From: Candidatus Poribacteria bacterium
Lineage (GTDB): Bacteria > Poribacteria > WGA-4E > WGA-3G
Direction: 5' to 3'
DNA length: 64,000 nt
Assembly: GCA_022825665.1 (NCBI GenBank)
Contig: JAJDWI010000112.1
Span: forward strand, 172-64,171
Part shown: positions 18,722 through 28,119 of the stretch, one piece after another
Layout: every line of letters starts with the position of its first letter
Numbering within the stretch: the first letter of the stretch is position 1
Program-made: the position numbers and the translations under genes
Notes under the pieces: generated by a model
What the model was told of the DNA's origin: nothing
Databases searched by the model: none
Seen by the model: only the letters and a program-made list of their open reading frames with translations

Positions 18722-19729
18722 ATGAAAATCCGAAATACAACGTTTATTTTAGTATGGTGTCTGTTACTGTTGTTTCTCCTCTGTCTTGATGTAACAAATA
18801 CCGTATCTGCGGATGTAACGATTAAGAAACCAGAAAAGCAACTGATGGAATCTTCAATTTATAAAACTATTGAAAATGCAAAATCGTATATAATAAAGCA
18901 TCAAAATAGAGATGGCGGTTGGCCCCTTTTACCTGGTGAAAAAAGTGATGCAGAAGTTACTGCCCTTGCTATTTGGGCATTGACTGATGCGGGATGGGGT
19001 ACCGGATCACGTATTATACGGAGTGGAGTCAGATATCTAAAAAACCAGCAAAGTGAAGACGGTAGTTGGAACAACAATACCGCGCACACTGCTTTTGCAC
19101 TCATTGCTCTGGCAAATGCTAAAGCAGATGCGGATACACAATTCAACGGATTACAGTGGCTCAGAAATGCACAGAATCCAATTGGTAGTTGGGGACGCAA
19201 AAGTAAGGGACCAGGACATGTTCTTTATACTTCCGCAACACTTGTCGGATTCAAAAAACTCGGTTTTACAGAAAGGCATTTTAAACCTATTCTTCCAAGT
19301 TTAGAATGGCTTGCTGAACAGAATAATTTTGAGAACGTCTGGAATCTCCCTGGTGGAACCCAGTCGGATATCTATGTGACCTCTTGGGTATTGCAGGGCA
19401 TGTCACCAGACCGAAAATATGATGAAAATGTCTACGATCTTGATGAACAGATTGTTTGGATAAAGCAATTTCAAAACAGAGACGGTGGATTTCCCAGATT
19501 TAAAGGTAGACCGAGTGATCCAGAGGTAACTGCTACAGCCATTATGGCATTTGCTGCATACAATGACCCACTCAATACACGCCGCGTCGCAATATCCTAT
19601 CTGACAAAAGCACAAGAAGCGGATGGAGGTTATAAAAGCAGTATTCCCATAGAACTCAAAACACCTACTGCGAATTTGCAGACTACCTGTTTTGTTCTTA
19701 TTGCTATATACTCAAAATCTGATGGTTAA
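18722..19729 (+). CDS. secreted prenyltransferase/squalene-oxidase-repeat (terpenoid cyclase-like) protein
   Basis: Signal peptide MKIRNTTFILVWCLLLLFLLC. Repeated Q.RDGGW/EDGSW/DGGF units. The ATG at 18722 with RBS aggtga is preferred over 18707. Confidence 0.7.
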   Translation: MKIRNTTFILVWCLLLLFLLCLDVTNTVSADVTIKKPEKQLMESSIYKTIENAKSYIIKHQNRDGGWPLLPGEKSDAEVTALAIWALTDAGWGTGSRIIRSGVRYLKNQQSEDGSWNNNTAHTAFALIALANAKADADTQFNGLQWLRNAQNPIGSWGRKSKGPGHVLYTSATLVGFKKLGFTERHFKPILPSLEWLAEQNNFENVWNLPGGTQSDIYVTSWVLQGMSPDRKYDENVYDLDEQIVWIKQFQNRDGGFPRFKGRPSDPEVTATAIMAFAAYNDPLNTRRVAISYLTKAQEADGGYKSSIPIELKTPTANLQTTCFVLIAIYSKSDG

Positions 19730-19933
19730 CAACCTGTATACGAATTTGTTGTTATATGTTATTGAGATTAACTTAAGGTTAATACTTTGATCGGAATGAA
19801 TAGATGTTTAGCCTGTATACTGTTTATAGTCTGAACCAGCATTCACATTTATAACAAATCTGTCAAGAAACCTCATCATCAAGAAACCTCTGTCTGATAA
19901 AATAATGACAGAAAAAGGAGATAATATTGTAGT

Positions 19934-21394
19934 ATGGCACAAAAACCGAATATCCTATTTCTTCAAAGTGACGAACACAGTCCACATGCTATCGGATGTG
20001 AAGGGAACGATATTGTCCAAACACCGCACCTTGATCGGCTTGCCGAATCTGGCAACTATTTTGATGCAGCATATTGTCAATTTCCACTCTGTACACCTTC
20101 ACGAATGTGTATGTTAACGGGTAAATATGCACATCGGTGCTCTGCTTGGAATAACGGTTCCATCCTATTCCCTGAACATCTGACAATACCAGCACATTTT
20201 GCTGAACACGGCTATTCAACTGCCCTTGTTGGAAAAATGCACTTTGGTGGAAAAGAACAAAACAACGGTTTCCAATCACGCCCTTACGGTGACTTGCGCG
20301 GGAATGCGGGACATCAACGTGACCCGTTAAGTGGTAACCGTAATCGCACAAAAGATGCTGGTGTCACTGAAATACCAACAAGCCTTCTCCAAGAACGGGT
20401 GGTTAACGAAGAAACAATTGAATATATAAGGTCTCATCCCGCAGATAAACCGTGGTTTTTGCTCGCAAGTTACAGTCGTCCGCACTTTCCGTTGACTGCT
20501 CCGAAAAGGCTGCTTGATAAATACTATCCTGACAATGTGGACATGCCTAATATCCCGCCAGGACATTTGGAACAAACGCATCGCTATGCGGAGGGGCTGC
20601 GAAAATGCTTTAATACAACTGACATTACAGAGGAAGAAACACGAAAAGCGCGTGCGGCATACTATGCATGCTGTGAATTCCTTGATGAATGTCTTGGTGA
20701 TTTGCTAACTATCTTAGAACGCGACGGTCTATTAGATAATACAATTATCGTTTATACTACTGACCACGGTGAGATGGCAGGTGAGCATGGACAGTGGTGG
20801 AAATCCAGCTATTATGAAGCTGCAGCAAGAGTTCCACTCATTATTTATGATACCCGTTCAAAAGATACACACGGTAGACGTGTCAATGCTCCTGTGGAAT
20901 TAAACGACCTATTTCCAACGTTATGTGCAAGGGCAGATATACCTATACCCGATGGGTTAGACGGTTCGGATCTATCCAACCTAATGTTAGGAAATACGGA
21001 AGGTTGGCGAAATACCGCAATCAGCGAATATTGGGCAACACAAACAACCGGACCAATGCGTATGTTGAGAACGCCGCGTTATAAATACGTAGCTTTCCCT
21101 GAGGATGAATCCATCTTATTTGATCTGGAAAATGATCCCGACGAATTTGAAAATCTAACAGGTAAATCTGAAGTAAGCGACATAGAAGCATCTCTACATG
21201 AACAACTCATGGAGGGATTCTCGTGGGAGGATGTCGCAAAACAACAAGAAGTAGATAAAGAACGCAGCAAAGAGTGGAAAGCACCGTGGGGAAGAGGCAC
21301 ACCAAATGCCTATACTTTACCCGACGGTAGAATTGTAGATGCTGAACTTTGTCTGTATAATCCTGTCCTTCGGGATGACCCTATAGGTGAATAA
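19934..21394 (+). CDS. sulfatase (formylglycine-dependent, choline-sulfatase-like)
   Basis: NILFLQSDEH, the CxPxR motif (PLCTPSRMCMLTG), and TTDHGEMAGEHG. Confidence 0.9.
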   Translation: MAQKPNILFLQSDEHSPHAIGCEGNDIVQTPHLDRLAESGNYFDAAYCQFPLCTPSRMCMLTGKYAHRCSAWNNGSILFPEHLTIPAHFAEHGYSTALVGKMHFGGKEQNNGFQSRPYGDLRGNAGHQRDPLSGNRNRTKDAGVTEIPTSLLQERVVNEETIEYIRSHPADKPWFLLASYSRPHFPLTAPKRLLDKYYPDNVDMPNIPPGHLEQTHRYAEGLRKCFNTTDITEEETRKARAAYYACCEFLDECLGDLLTILERDGLLDNTIIVYTTDHGEMAGEHGQWWKSSYYEAAARVPLIIYDTRSKDTHGRRVNAPVELNDLFPTLCARADIPIPDGLDGSDLSNLMLGNTEGWRNTAISEYWATQTTGPMRMLRTPRYKYVAFPEDESILFDLENDPDEFENLTGKSEVSDIEASLHEQLMEGFSWEDVAKQQEVDKERSKEWKAPWGRGTPNAYTLPDGRIVDAELCLYNPVLRDDPIGE

Positions 21395-21406
21395 AAAAGA
21401 AATATA

Positions 21407-21532
21407 ATACCATTTCTAAATAATAACTTCTCATTAACAAAGAACGCGTTCGTAGTCGCGCAATTCATTGCGCCTCTTACATTTGACTTTATTAAAGTCT
21501 CAAAATGTGGTTTATTTATTAGAATTTGGTAT
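21407..21532 (+). repeat. full-length ~126-nt MITE (TIRs ataccatttctaaataa / ttatttattagaatttggtat)
   Basis: The termini are inverted repeats. An internal palindrome gcgcaattcattgcgc is present. A second full copy lies at 56391-56518 and partial copies at 25335, 27747, 35982, 36596 and 42346. Confidence 0.8.
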
Positions 21533-21639
21533 AAGGTGGCAGGTGTAGCGCGGTATAAAGAAATCGGCTTAACACCGCGCCATACAGTTCATTTCATCAA
21601 ATATGTATGAACTGCTATACATCGTAGGAAACTTCATAT

Positions 21640-23607
21640 ATGCCTCGCCGCCCAAAAATACGATTCTCTGCTATCCTTGTAGGTCTCTTTTTAGTAGGGG
21701 CTATGTGTGCAATCACCCCCTACAATAACTATTTTTTAGAAAATTCAAGGATAGCAGGAAACCACCTACCTGTCGGTTCAATCTTCGGATTACTACTTCT
21801 TGTCTTCTTAATCAATCTTCCCTTACGTTTTCTCACACGAAACAACCGATTTTCTTTCTCTGCACTTGAATTAACGGTGATCTGGATGATGATCATTGTT
21901 GCTGTCGGTATCCCTTCAATGGGATTGCTGCAGTTTCTGATTCCTTGTCTCGTAGCACTACGTTATTTCACAACCCCTGAAAACGATTGGGCAGAGACAC
22001 TTCAACCCCATATCCCAGAATGGTTAGTGGTAACTGACATACATGCGGTGACAGATTTCTATGAAGGACTATCATCGGGAGGAAACGTGCCTTGGTCACC
22101 TTGGATAAAACCGCTACTTATCTGGGGTCTTTTTGTGTTCGTGTTCTATTTCACGACAATATGTCTTTGCACAATCCTCCGTAAACAGTGGATAGAGCGC
22201 GAACGGTTTTCATTTCCCTTAGTTCAAATTCCAGTACAACTGGCAGCCGAACCTGAACACGGCAACCTTCTCAATGCTTTTTTCAAAAACAAACTGCTGT
22301 GGGTAGGCATGGCACTACCTCTACTCATCCATTTTCTTAACGGCATGCATGCACATTTTCCCAATGTACCGGAAATACCGTTGATATTTAATATTCATCG
22401 TGCTTTTACAGAAAAACCTTGGCATACACTCAGCATGTGGCCCGCTATGAACATTGCTATATACTTCTCTGTTATCGGTGTAGCCGCACTGTTAACACTT
22501 GAAGTATCGTTTAGTCTCTGGTTTTTCTTCCTCTTTTTCAAACTACAATATATAATCATGAATGCAACAGGTTTCGGGATAGGACCTTGGGTAAGTTGTA
22601 GTCGACAGGTAATGGGAGGGTATCTTATATTTGTCCCTGCCATTTTCTGGGGTGGACGTGAACATATCAAATCAATTATTAGGAAAACATTCGGTATGTC
22701 CAGTCAGCAAGTAGATGCTTCAGGCGAAAGACGATTGATAGACGATTCAGATGAACCGATACCGTATCGATTAGCATTACTCGGATTCTTACTTGGGTTT
22801 GTTACACTTGTTGCATTCTTGATGATTGCTGGTATTACAGGATGGGTTGCTGTTGTAACACTTCTCTCAATCTTCATTACCTCTGTTGTATTATCATGGA
22901 TGGTCGTAAACGGTGGATTGTTACTTGTACAAGCACCTTTCTTTCCATCTGACTATATGAACTTTACAGTCGGATCTGCTGCAATGGGACAAAAAAGTCT
23001 TGCTGTTCTCAGTTTTCAGCGGAGTTTTCTACGAGATTGGGGAGAATTTATGATGCCGAATTTCCTACACAGTTTTAAGGCAGCAGATGAAGTCAATCTT
23101 GTCAGACAGCGCATTGTTCCTATACTCAGTGTTTCAATTATCTTCGCCATCCTTGTTTCTGTATACGCATCCTTAACACTGGTTTATGACAAAGGTGCAT
23201 TGTTCTTACAAAGTTGGTCTTATGTGGGTGCTCCACGCGGATATTTTAATCGAATGAATAAAGTTATCCAATTTCCTATTGAAACAAATTGGCTTGAAGT
23301 CTATAGTATGATTGCCGGTGCTGGATTCACAGGCTTTATGTTATGGATGCGTCAGAGTTTTGTCTGGTGGTCCCTACATCCAATAGGATACCTATTAGGT
23401 GCTACCTATCCTGCGTTTCACCTTTGGTCATCTATTTTCTTTGGTTGGATGCTGAAATATATTACACTAAAATTCGGCGGTCCATTGATGTATCGTAGGC
23501 TTCGACCAGTCGCATTCGGATTAATCTTTGGTGAATATGTCATGGTAGGAATCTGGATGGTAGTCGGATTCTTCAGTGGTATAGGCTATCATGCACTACC
23601 GCGTTGA
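21640..23607 (+). CDS. large polytopic membrane protein, uncharacterised family (paralogue of 11821-13764)
   Basis: 655 aa with the same conserved blocks in the same order as the 647-aa protein. Confidence 0.75.
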   Translation: MPRRPKIRFSAILVGLFLVGAMCAITPYNNYFLENSRIAGNHLPVGSIFGLLLLVFLINLPLRFLTRNNRFSFSALELTVIWMMIIVAVGIPSMGLLQFLIPCLVALRYFTTPENDWAETLQPHIPEWLVVTDIHAVTDFYEGLSSGGNVPWSPWIKPLLIWGLFVFVFYFTTICLCTILRKQWIERERFSFPLVQIPVQLAAEPEHGNLLNAFFKNKLLWVGMALPLLIHFLNGMHAHFPNVPEIPLIFNIHRAFTEKPWHTLSMWPAMNIAIYFSVIGVAALLTLEVSFSLWFFFLFFKLQYIIMNATGFGIGPWVSCSRQVMGGYLIFVPAIFWGGREHIKSIIRKTFGMSSQQVDASGERRLIDDSDEPIPYRLALLGFLLGFVTLVAFLMIAGITGWVAVVTLLSIFITSVVLSWMVVNGGLLLVQAPFFPSDYMNFTVGSAAMGQKSLAVLSFQRSFLRDWGEFMMPNFLHSFKAADEVNLVRQRIVPILSVSIIFAILVSVYASLTLVYDKGALFLQSWSYVGAPRGYFNRMNKVIQFPIETNWLEVYSMIAGAGFTGFMLWMRQSFVWWSLHPIGYLLGATYPAFHLWSSIFFGWMLKYITLKFGGPLMYRRLRPVAFGLIFGEYVMVGIWMVVGFFSGIGYHALPR

Positions 23608-23668
23608 TGTTGCCTGAACCAAAATTAGTAGGATAATAGGGTGTTTGTGGAATGTCTGATTCACTGAA

Positions 23669-24109
23669 CCATTAGCGTCAATTTAAGGAGAAACCGCGTT
23701 CGTAGTCGCGCAATTCATTGCGCCTCGGACATGCCGTAGGGACGAGGTCACCTCGCCCGCATGCTCACATACAGTCCTGTAAACCGAAGCAAGCAAAGCA
23801 GCCTTCGACATATATGTTATCTGAACCAAGATTTCCAGGATCGGGAGTTAGTGGGTATATATTCCGTTGTCCAGGAGGAAGGACTACCTTTTGCAAAGGA
23901 ACATCGGCATACAATCTCTTATCCTGAAAATCCTGTAATCTTGCAAATCCTGGTTCAGACAACAAGCAATTCAAACGGACAAGAATCACTAAATTGACGC
24001 TTATGGTGCGGTTTCCTAACCGCACTGGAGTTTTCCCAAAATTACCGAATTAATAAATTAATCTTCAAATGGCATTCATACCGTTGATTTGAAAATCCTG
24101 GTTCAGACA
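23669..24109. repeat. composite nested repeat (~338-nt element bounded by ccattagcgtcaattta / taaattgacgcttatgg, plus flanking modules)
   Basis: The outer TIRs are at 23669-23685 and 23990-24006. Inside are modules A (gcgttcgtagtcgcgcaattcattgcgcc) and B (gtagggacgaggtcacctcgccc), a hairpin module, and a nested MITE at 23818-23961. It is followed by gtgcggtttcctaaccgcac and gcattcataccgttgattt modules. A second copy lies at 61671-62064. Confidence 0.8.
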
Positions 24110-24124
24110 TATACAAAATAAATT

Positions 24125-25330
24125 ATGCATACAAACGAAAGTCCACTCAGCACACAATGGAAAACACGCACTAAAACGCGCCACACTGTCGCAGCTATAC
24201 GGACATGGCACGTTAATTTAAATCCCCGTGCAATGCCAACACTCGGTTTTGCCAAAGGTGATATCCCTGGACAGACAAAACTAAAAAATGTCCATGTTGA
24301 TTGGCGTGGACCTTTCGCAGCACAAGCAGGCGCGTTAATAGTTGAAATTACAACTGATAAAGGCTTGAAAGGATACGGTCTCGGTGGAGGAGGACTCGCT
24401 GGGGCACTGATTATTGAAAAACACCTACAACACTTTGTCCTTGGACGTGACCCGCTTGATGTAGAAGAAATTTGGGAAAATCTATATCACATCACCTCTA
24501 TCTATGGACGACGCGGACTTGTCATTTATGCGTTAAGCGGATTAGAACTTGCCCTCGTTGATTTATGTGGTAAGATTTTGGACGCACCTGTCTATAGTCT
24601 CTTTACAGATACACCGACACTTCAGATTCCAGCGTATGCAACCGGTGCTGATATCGGTTTTTATGCTGATAATGGGTTCACCGCATGCAAACTTCCCCTC
24701 AGAAACGGACTCGCAGAAGGTGAAGAAGGTTTTGACCAAAACCTTGAGATGATACACAACGCACGCGATGCTATTGGGTCAAATGTAGAACTCATGGCAG
24801 ACATCTATCTTCGTTGGAATGTGGATTATACCCTCCGCTTTGCTAATGAAGCAAGGAATGTTAACCTAAAGTGGATTGAGGAACCAATACCACTTGACGA
24901 TTATGCGGGTATGGCACAGTTAGTCCAAGAGATTGATCCAACATGGATTGTCTCAGGTGAGCATGAATTCACTCGATATGGATTCAGAGAGTTATTACGA
25001 TGGCAAGCAGCAGATATGATTCAGCCAGATGTGAGTTGGGCTGGCGGGTTTACAGAATGCCTCCGCATCGCACGCGAAGCAGCGGAACTCGGCATCCCAA
25101 CATGGTTGCATCAAGCAGGAACACCGTGGGGATTACATCTCACTGCCTGTTTACCAATGTCATGCATGGCTGAGACGTTTGGTCCCTCTCGCAATGATGT
25201 TGAAAATGAACTTTATAGTCGCTTACGTCCTACCCCTCGCGATGGAACCTTCACACTCAATGATGCTCCAGGTTTCGGTGTTGATATTGATGAGACATTG
25301 TTGGAGGCATATACTGTAGATAAACTGTAA
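24125..25330 (+). CDS. enolase-superfamily dehydratase (mandelate racemase/muconate lactonizing family, L-rhamnonate-dehydratase-like)
   Basis: LIVEITTDKGLKGYG...EKHL..FVLGRDP...ALSGLELALVDLCGK, with C-terminal barrel blocks (WIEEP, QPDVSW.GG). Confidence 0.75.
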   Translation: MHTNESPLSTQWKTRTKTRHTVAAIRTWHVNLNPRAMPTLGFAKGDIPGQTKLKNVHVDWRGPFAAQAGALIVEITTDKGLKGYGLGGGGLAGALIIEKHLQHFVLGRDPLDVEEIWENLYHITSIYGRRGLVIYALSGLELALVDLCGKILDAPVYSLFTDTPTLQIPAYATGADIGFYADNGFTACKLPLRNGLAEGEEGFDQNLEMIHNARDAIGSNVELMADIYLRWNVDYTLRFANEARNVNLKWIEEPIPLDDYAGMAQLVQEIDPTWIVSGEHEFTRYGFRELLRWQAADMIQPDVSWAGGFTECLRIAREAAELGIPTWLHQAGTPWGLHLTACLPMSCMAETFGPSRNDVENELYSRLRPTPRDGTFTLNDAPGFGVDIDETLLEAYTVDKL

Positions 25331-25334
25331 AGTT

Positions 25335-25651
25335 ATACCATTTCTAAATAATGACTTCTCATTAACAAAAAACGCGTTCGTATCGCGCAATTCATTGCGC
25401 CTCTTACATTCTCCGTAGGGGTAGGGGCGAGGTCACCTCGCCCGTCTTCACGCGCCTCTTACATTAACGTAGGTCGGAGCAAGTATAACGACCTCCGAGA
25501 TACACACTAAAGCCTCGGAGAGAGGCGACAGGTGTATAGCAAACGTTTTTCCTACTAATAGTAAGCCCCAGAGGGGCGACAGGTGTATCAGATACACTAA
25601 CGTTACGCCCTAAATTGACGCTTATGGCTTGGTTAGGAAAACGAACCTACC
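25335..25651. repeat. mosaic of repeat modules (MITE left half, A, B, hairpins, right TIR taaattgacgcttatgg)
   Basis: It starts 4 nt after the stop at 25330. Modules are shared with 21407, 23669, 33183 and 61671. ggcgacaggtgtat is duplicated at 25524 and 25574. Confidence 0.75.
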
Positions 25652-26267
25652 AAAGTGTAGAAGTAATTACGAAACTTACTATAATTACGCGAATTTGGAA
25701 TAAGTAACTTTTGAAATCGGTTGAATCCACATTAAAAATCCGTTGATTATATTTTGGGAAAAATAATCCGAATTTTCAGAGTCATTCTTGACTTAATAGG
25801 TCATAATAGCCCTTAAAACCCAGATAGAATATAGGTTTATAGCACATGATAAAATTGTGTCATTTTCCCTTTGACTCTGAAAACTCTGAATCTTCTGAAC
25901 GAAAATAATGTTAATATCAGCCAAAATTTTAACATGATTAATTTCAACACTGTTCAATCAATTATCAAACTCAACTTATTAATATTGTAAATACTTAGAT
26001 CAGATTATGCTCACTTTCCACCCACCTATCCTCCTGTGTAGTCAGTGATTTACATTACAGATAATTCTGATAATCCTGTTTCAGACAATATTCCACTCTA
26101 CAAACTGCAGAAATTAAGAAACTTTAATCTATTGCAAGCGTTAATTTTCTTGTATAGAACGCAAGTTTCATCAAGCATTTTTAATAAGTTTCAACCCTTT
26201 CCAAAATACGAGATAATGCATCACCTATCCAAATTATTGCCACATTCTTTACCGGAGATGCCTCTGA

Positions 26268-27506
26268 ATGAACCCGAACCAGAAAATTAAAAAACTCACT
26301 TCACTACTCAATAAACACCATCAATATAGAGAAACCTGCTTGAATCTCATCGCATCAGAAAACACACCTTCACCTCTGGTTGAAGAACTCTTTGACGAGA
26401 GATTAGCGCGGCGATACGGAAACTATCACGGAATTGACCTAAATAAACGCAGTTATAAAGGCAATCGTTATATCGCAGAGATAGAAAAATACACACAGGA
26501 ATTAGCAAAAGAACTGTTCAATGCAAAACACGTTGATTTTCGTCCGCTTTCTGGGAACTTAGCGGGGATTGCTGCTACTTTCGCGCTGACGGAACCGGGT
26601 GATATAGCATTGGAACTTCATGACGGACATAGTTATGCACACAAACTCGCTACTTCACCACTTAAGATAGAACTACAGTCAATTCCGATTCCGTGGGATG
26701 GTCTTCGGTCAAATATAGACCTTACAGCAACGATCAAACTTATTGAGAAGCACAAACCTAAAATTGTTAACATCGGGTCTGCGGTTTTTCTATTTCCACA
26801 TCCTGTATCTGAACTGAAAAGTGCAATACGTCAGGCAAACCCGAATTCATTTCTCATCTACGACGCGGCACACGTCATTGGACTCATTGCAGGCAAACGG
26901 TTTCAATCTCCACTTGAAGAAGGTGCGGATGTCATCATTTCAAGCACGCACAAAACTCTCGCAGGTCCGCAAGGGGGTATGATTTTAACTAACGACAAAT
27001 CTATTGCTGAGCGAATCGCAGACACCCTCTGTCCGTTACTTATGAGCAACCATCATCTGAATCGGTTGCCAGCTTTAGCAGGTACGTTTGTGGAATGGAT
27101 GACATGCGGGGAAGAACATGCGGATGCCATTGTAGCAAATGCAAAGGCATTAGGACAAGCATTAGCAGATCGCGGTGTACCGATGTTAGGTGCAGAATTT
27201 GGTTATACAGCATCGCATACCTTGATACCAATTGTAGACGCTTTTGGTGAAGGAGTTGAGTTTGCAAATCAGTTGGAGACCTGCAACATAATTGCAGGTG
27301 CTGCAACGTTATCACCTGAAGTTGGCACTTCCGGACTACGTCTTGGTGTGCAAGAGGTCACCCGATGTGGAATGACACCAAAGGATGCACCAGAAATCGC
27401 AGACTGTATCGTTGATGCACTATCTGGTAAGGATCCTGAAATAGTTAAACCCAAGGTAGTCCATTTAGCACAACGTTTTAATAAGTTGCAGTTTACTATA
27501 AAGTAA
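26268..27506 (+). CDS. glyA: serine hydroxymethyltransferase family PLP enzyme (divergent)
   Basis: NLIASENTPSP and the PLP-lysine block SSTHKTLAGPQGGMI. The region that is normally YAEGYPG.RYY is divergent (RRYGNYHGIDLNKRSYKGNRY). Confidence 0.7.
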   Translation: MNPNQKIKKLTSLLNKHHQYRETCLNLIASENTPSPLVEELFDERLARRYGNYHGIDLNKRSYKGNRYIAEIEKYTQELAKELFNAKHVDFRPLSGNLAGIAATFALTEPGDIALELHDGHSYAHKLATSPLKIELQSIPIPWDGLRSNIDLTATIKLIEKHKPKIVNIGSAVFLFPHPVSELKSAIRQANPNSFLIYDAAHVIGLIAGKRFQSPLEEGADVIISSTHKTLAGPQGGMILTNDKSIAERIADTLCPLLMSNHHLNRLPALAGTFVEWMTCGEEHADAIVANAKALGQALADRGVPMLGAEFGYTASHTLIPIVDAFGEGVEFANQLETCNIIAGAATLSPEVGTSGLRLGVQEVTRCGMTPKDAPEIADCIVDALSGKDPEIVKPKVVHLAQRFNKLQFTIK

Positions 27507-27604
27507 ATATTTTGATTTCATATTATCCTATATTATCTTTTTCAAAACTTCTGAAACTAACAAAAGATTTTATGGTGAACTTTCTAAATTAAGATACTTA
27601 TGTT

Positions 27605-27867
27605 CTGTAGGAGCGATCTCTGAATCGCGACCATACCACAAGGACACAAGTCTCGGAGAGGCACCATGCTCTTATGACATTTGTCGCCTGATGCACATCG
27701 TAGGGGCGGGGTTTCCCCGCCAGTATTGACACTTTACATATCGGATGCGTTCGTAGTCGCGCAATTCATTGCGCCTCTTACATTTGGATTTATTAAAGTC
27801 TCAAAATGTGATTTTATTTATTTAGAATTGGTATTATATTCTGTAGGAGCGATCTCCGAATCGCGAC
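27605..27867. repeat. cluster of repeat modules (C, B-variant, MITE right half 27747-27834, C)
   Basis: ctgtaggagcgatctc(t/c)gaatcgcgac at both ends, gtaggggcggggtttccccgcc, and gcgttcgtagtcgcgcaattcattgcgcc ... ttagaattggtat. Confidence 0.75.
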
Positions 27868-28119
27868 GAAACACACAGATAGTCAAGAAATCTGAGTTCC
27901 CTTCTACATCTCTAAATGTCACATTAATTCTAAAGTTCACTATATATCAACCAAATTAATAGTTACACGATTCAATCTAACTAACGAGTATCGCAGTATT
28001 TACAGTTATAGTGACAGGCTAATAAATTAATCACAATATGTTATAGTTATGATATGTCATTAACATCCATACGAAGTTAAGGCATTTTTAAATCAGTAAA
28101 TTACAAAAGGAACAAAACT

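Noticed and set aside
23718-24025. Three overlapping 69-86-aa ORFs on both strands (23718-23927, 23761-23997, 23765-24025).
   Set aside because: They lie entirely within the composite repeat. Their peptides (…GTRSPRPHA…) are translations of palindromic repeat modules that recur in many intergenic sites.
26045-26290. 81-aa ORF immediately upstream of and overlapping the SHMT-like start.
   Set aside because: It starts in a repeat fragment (aatcctgtttcagaca), is AT-rich low complexity, and has no RBS.
27681-27959. 92-aa ORF in the intergenic region after the SHMT-like gene.
   Set aside because: It is composed of repeat modules B and A and the MITE right half. The same pseudo-peptides are seen at other repeat sites.
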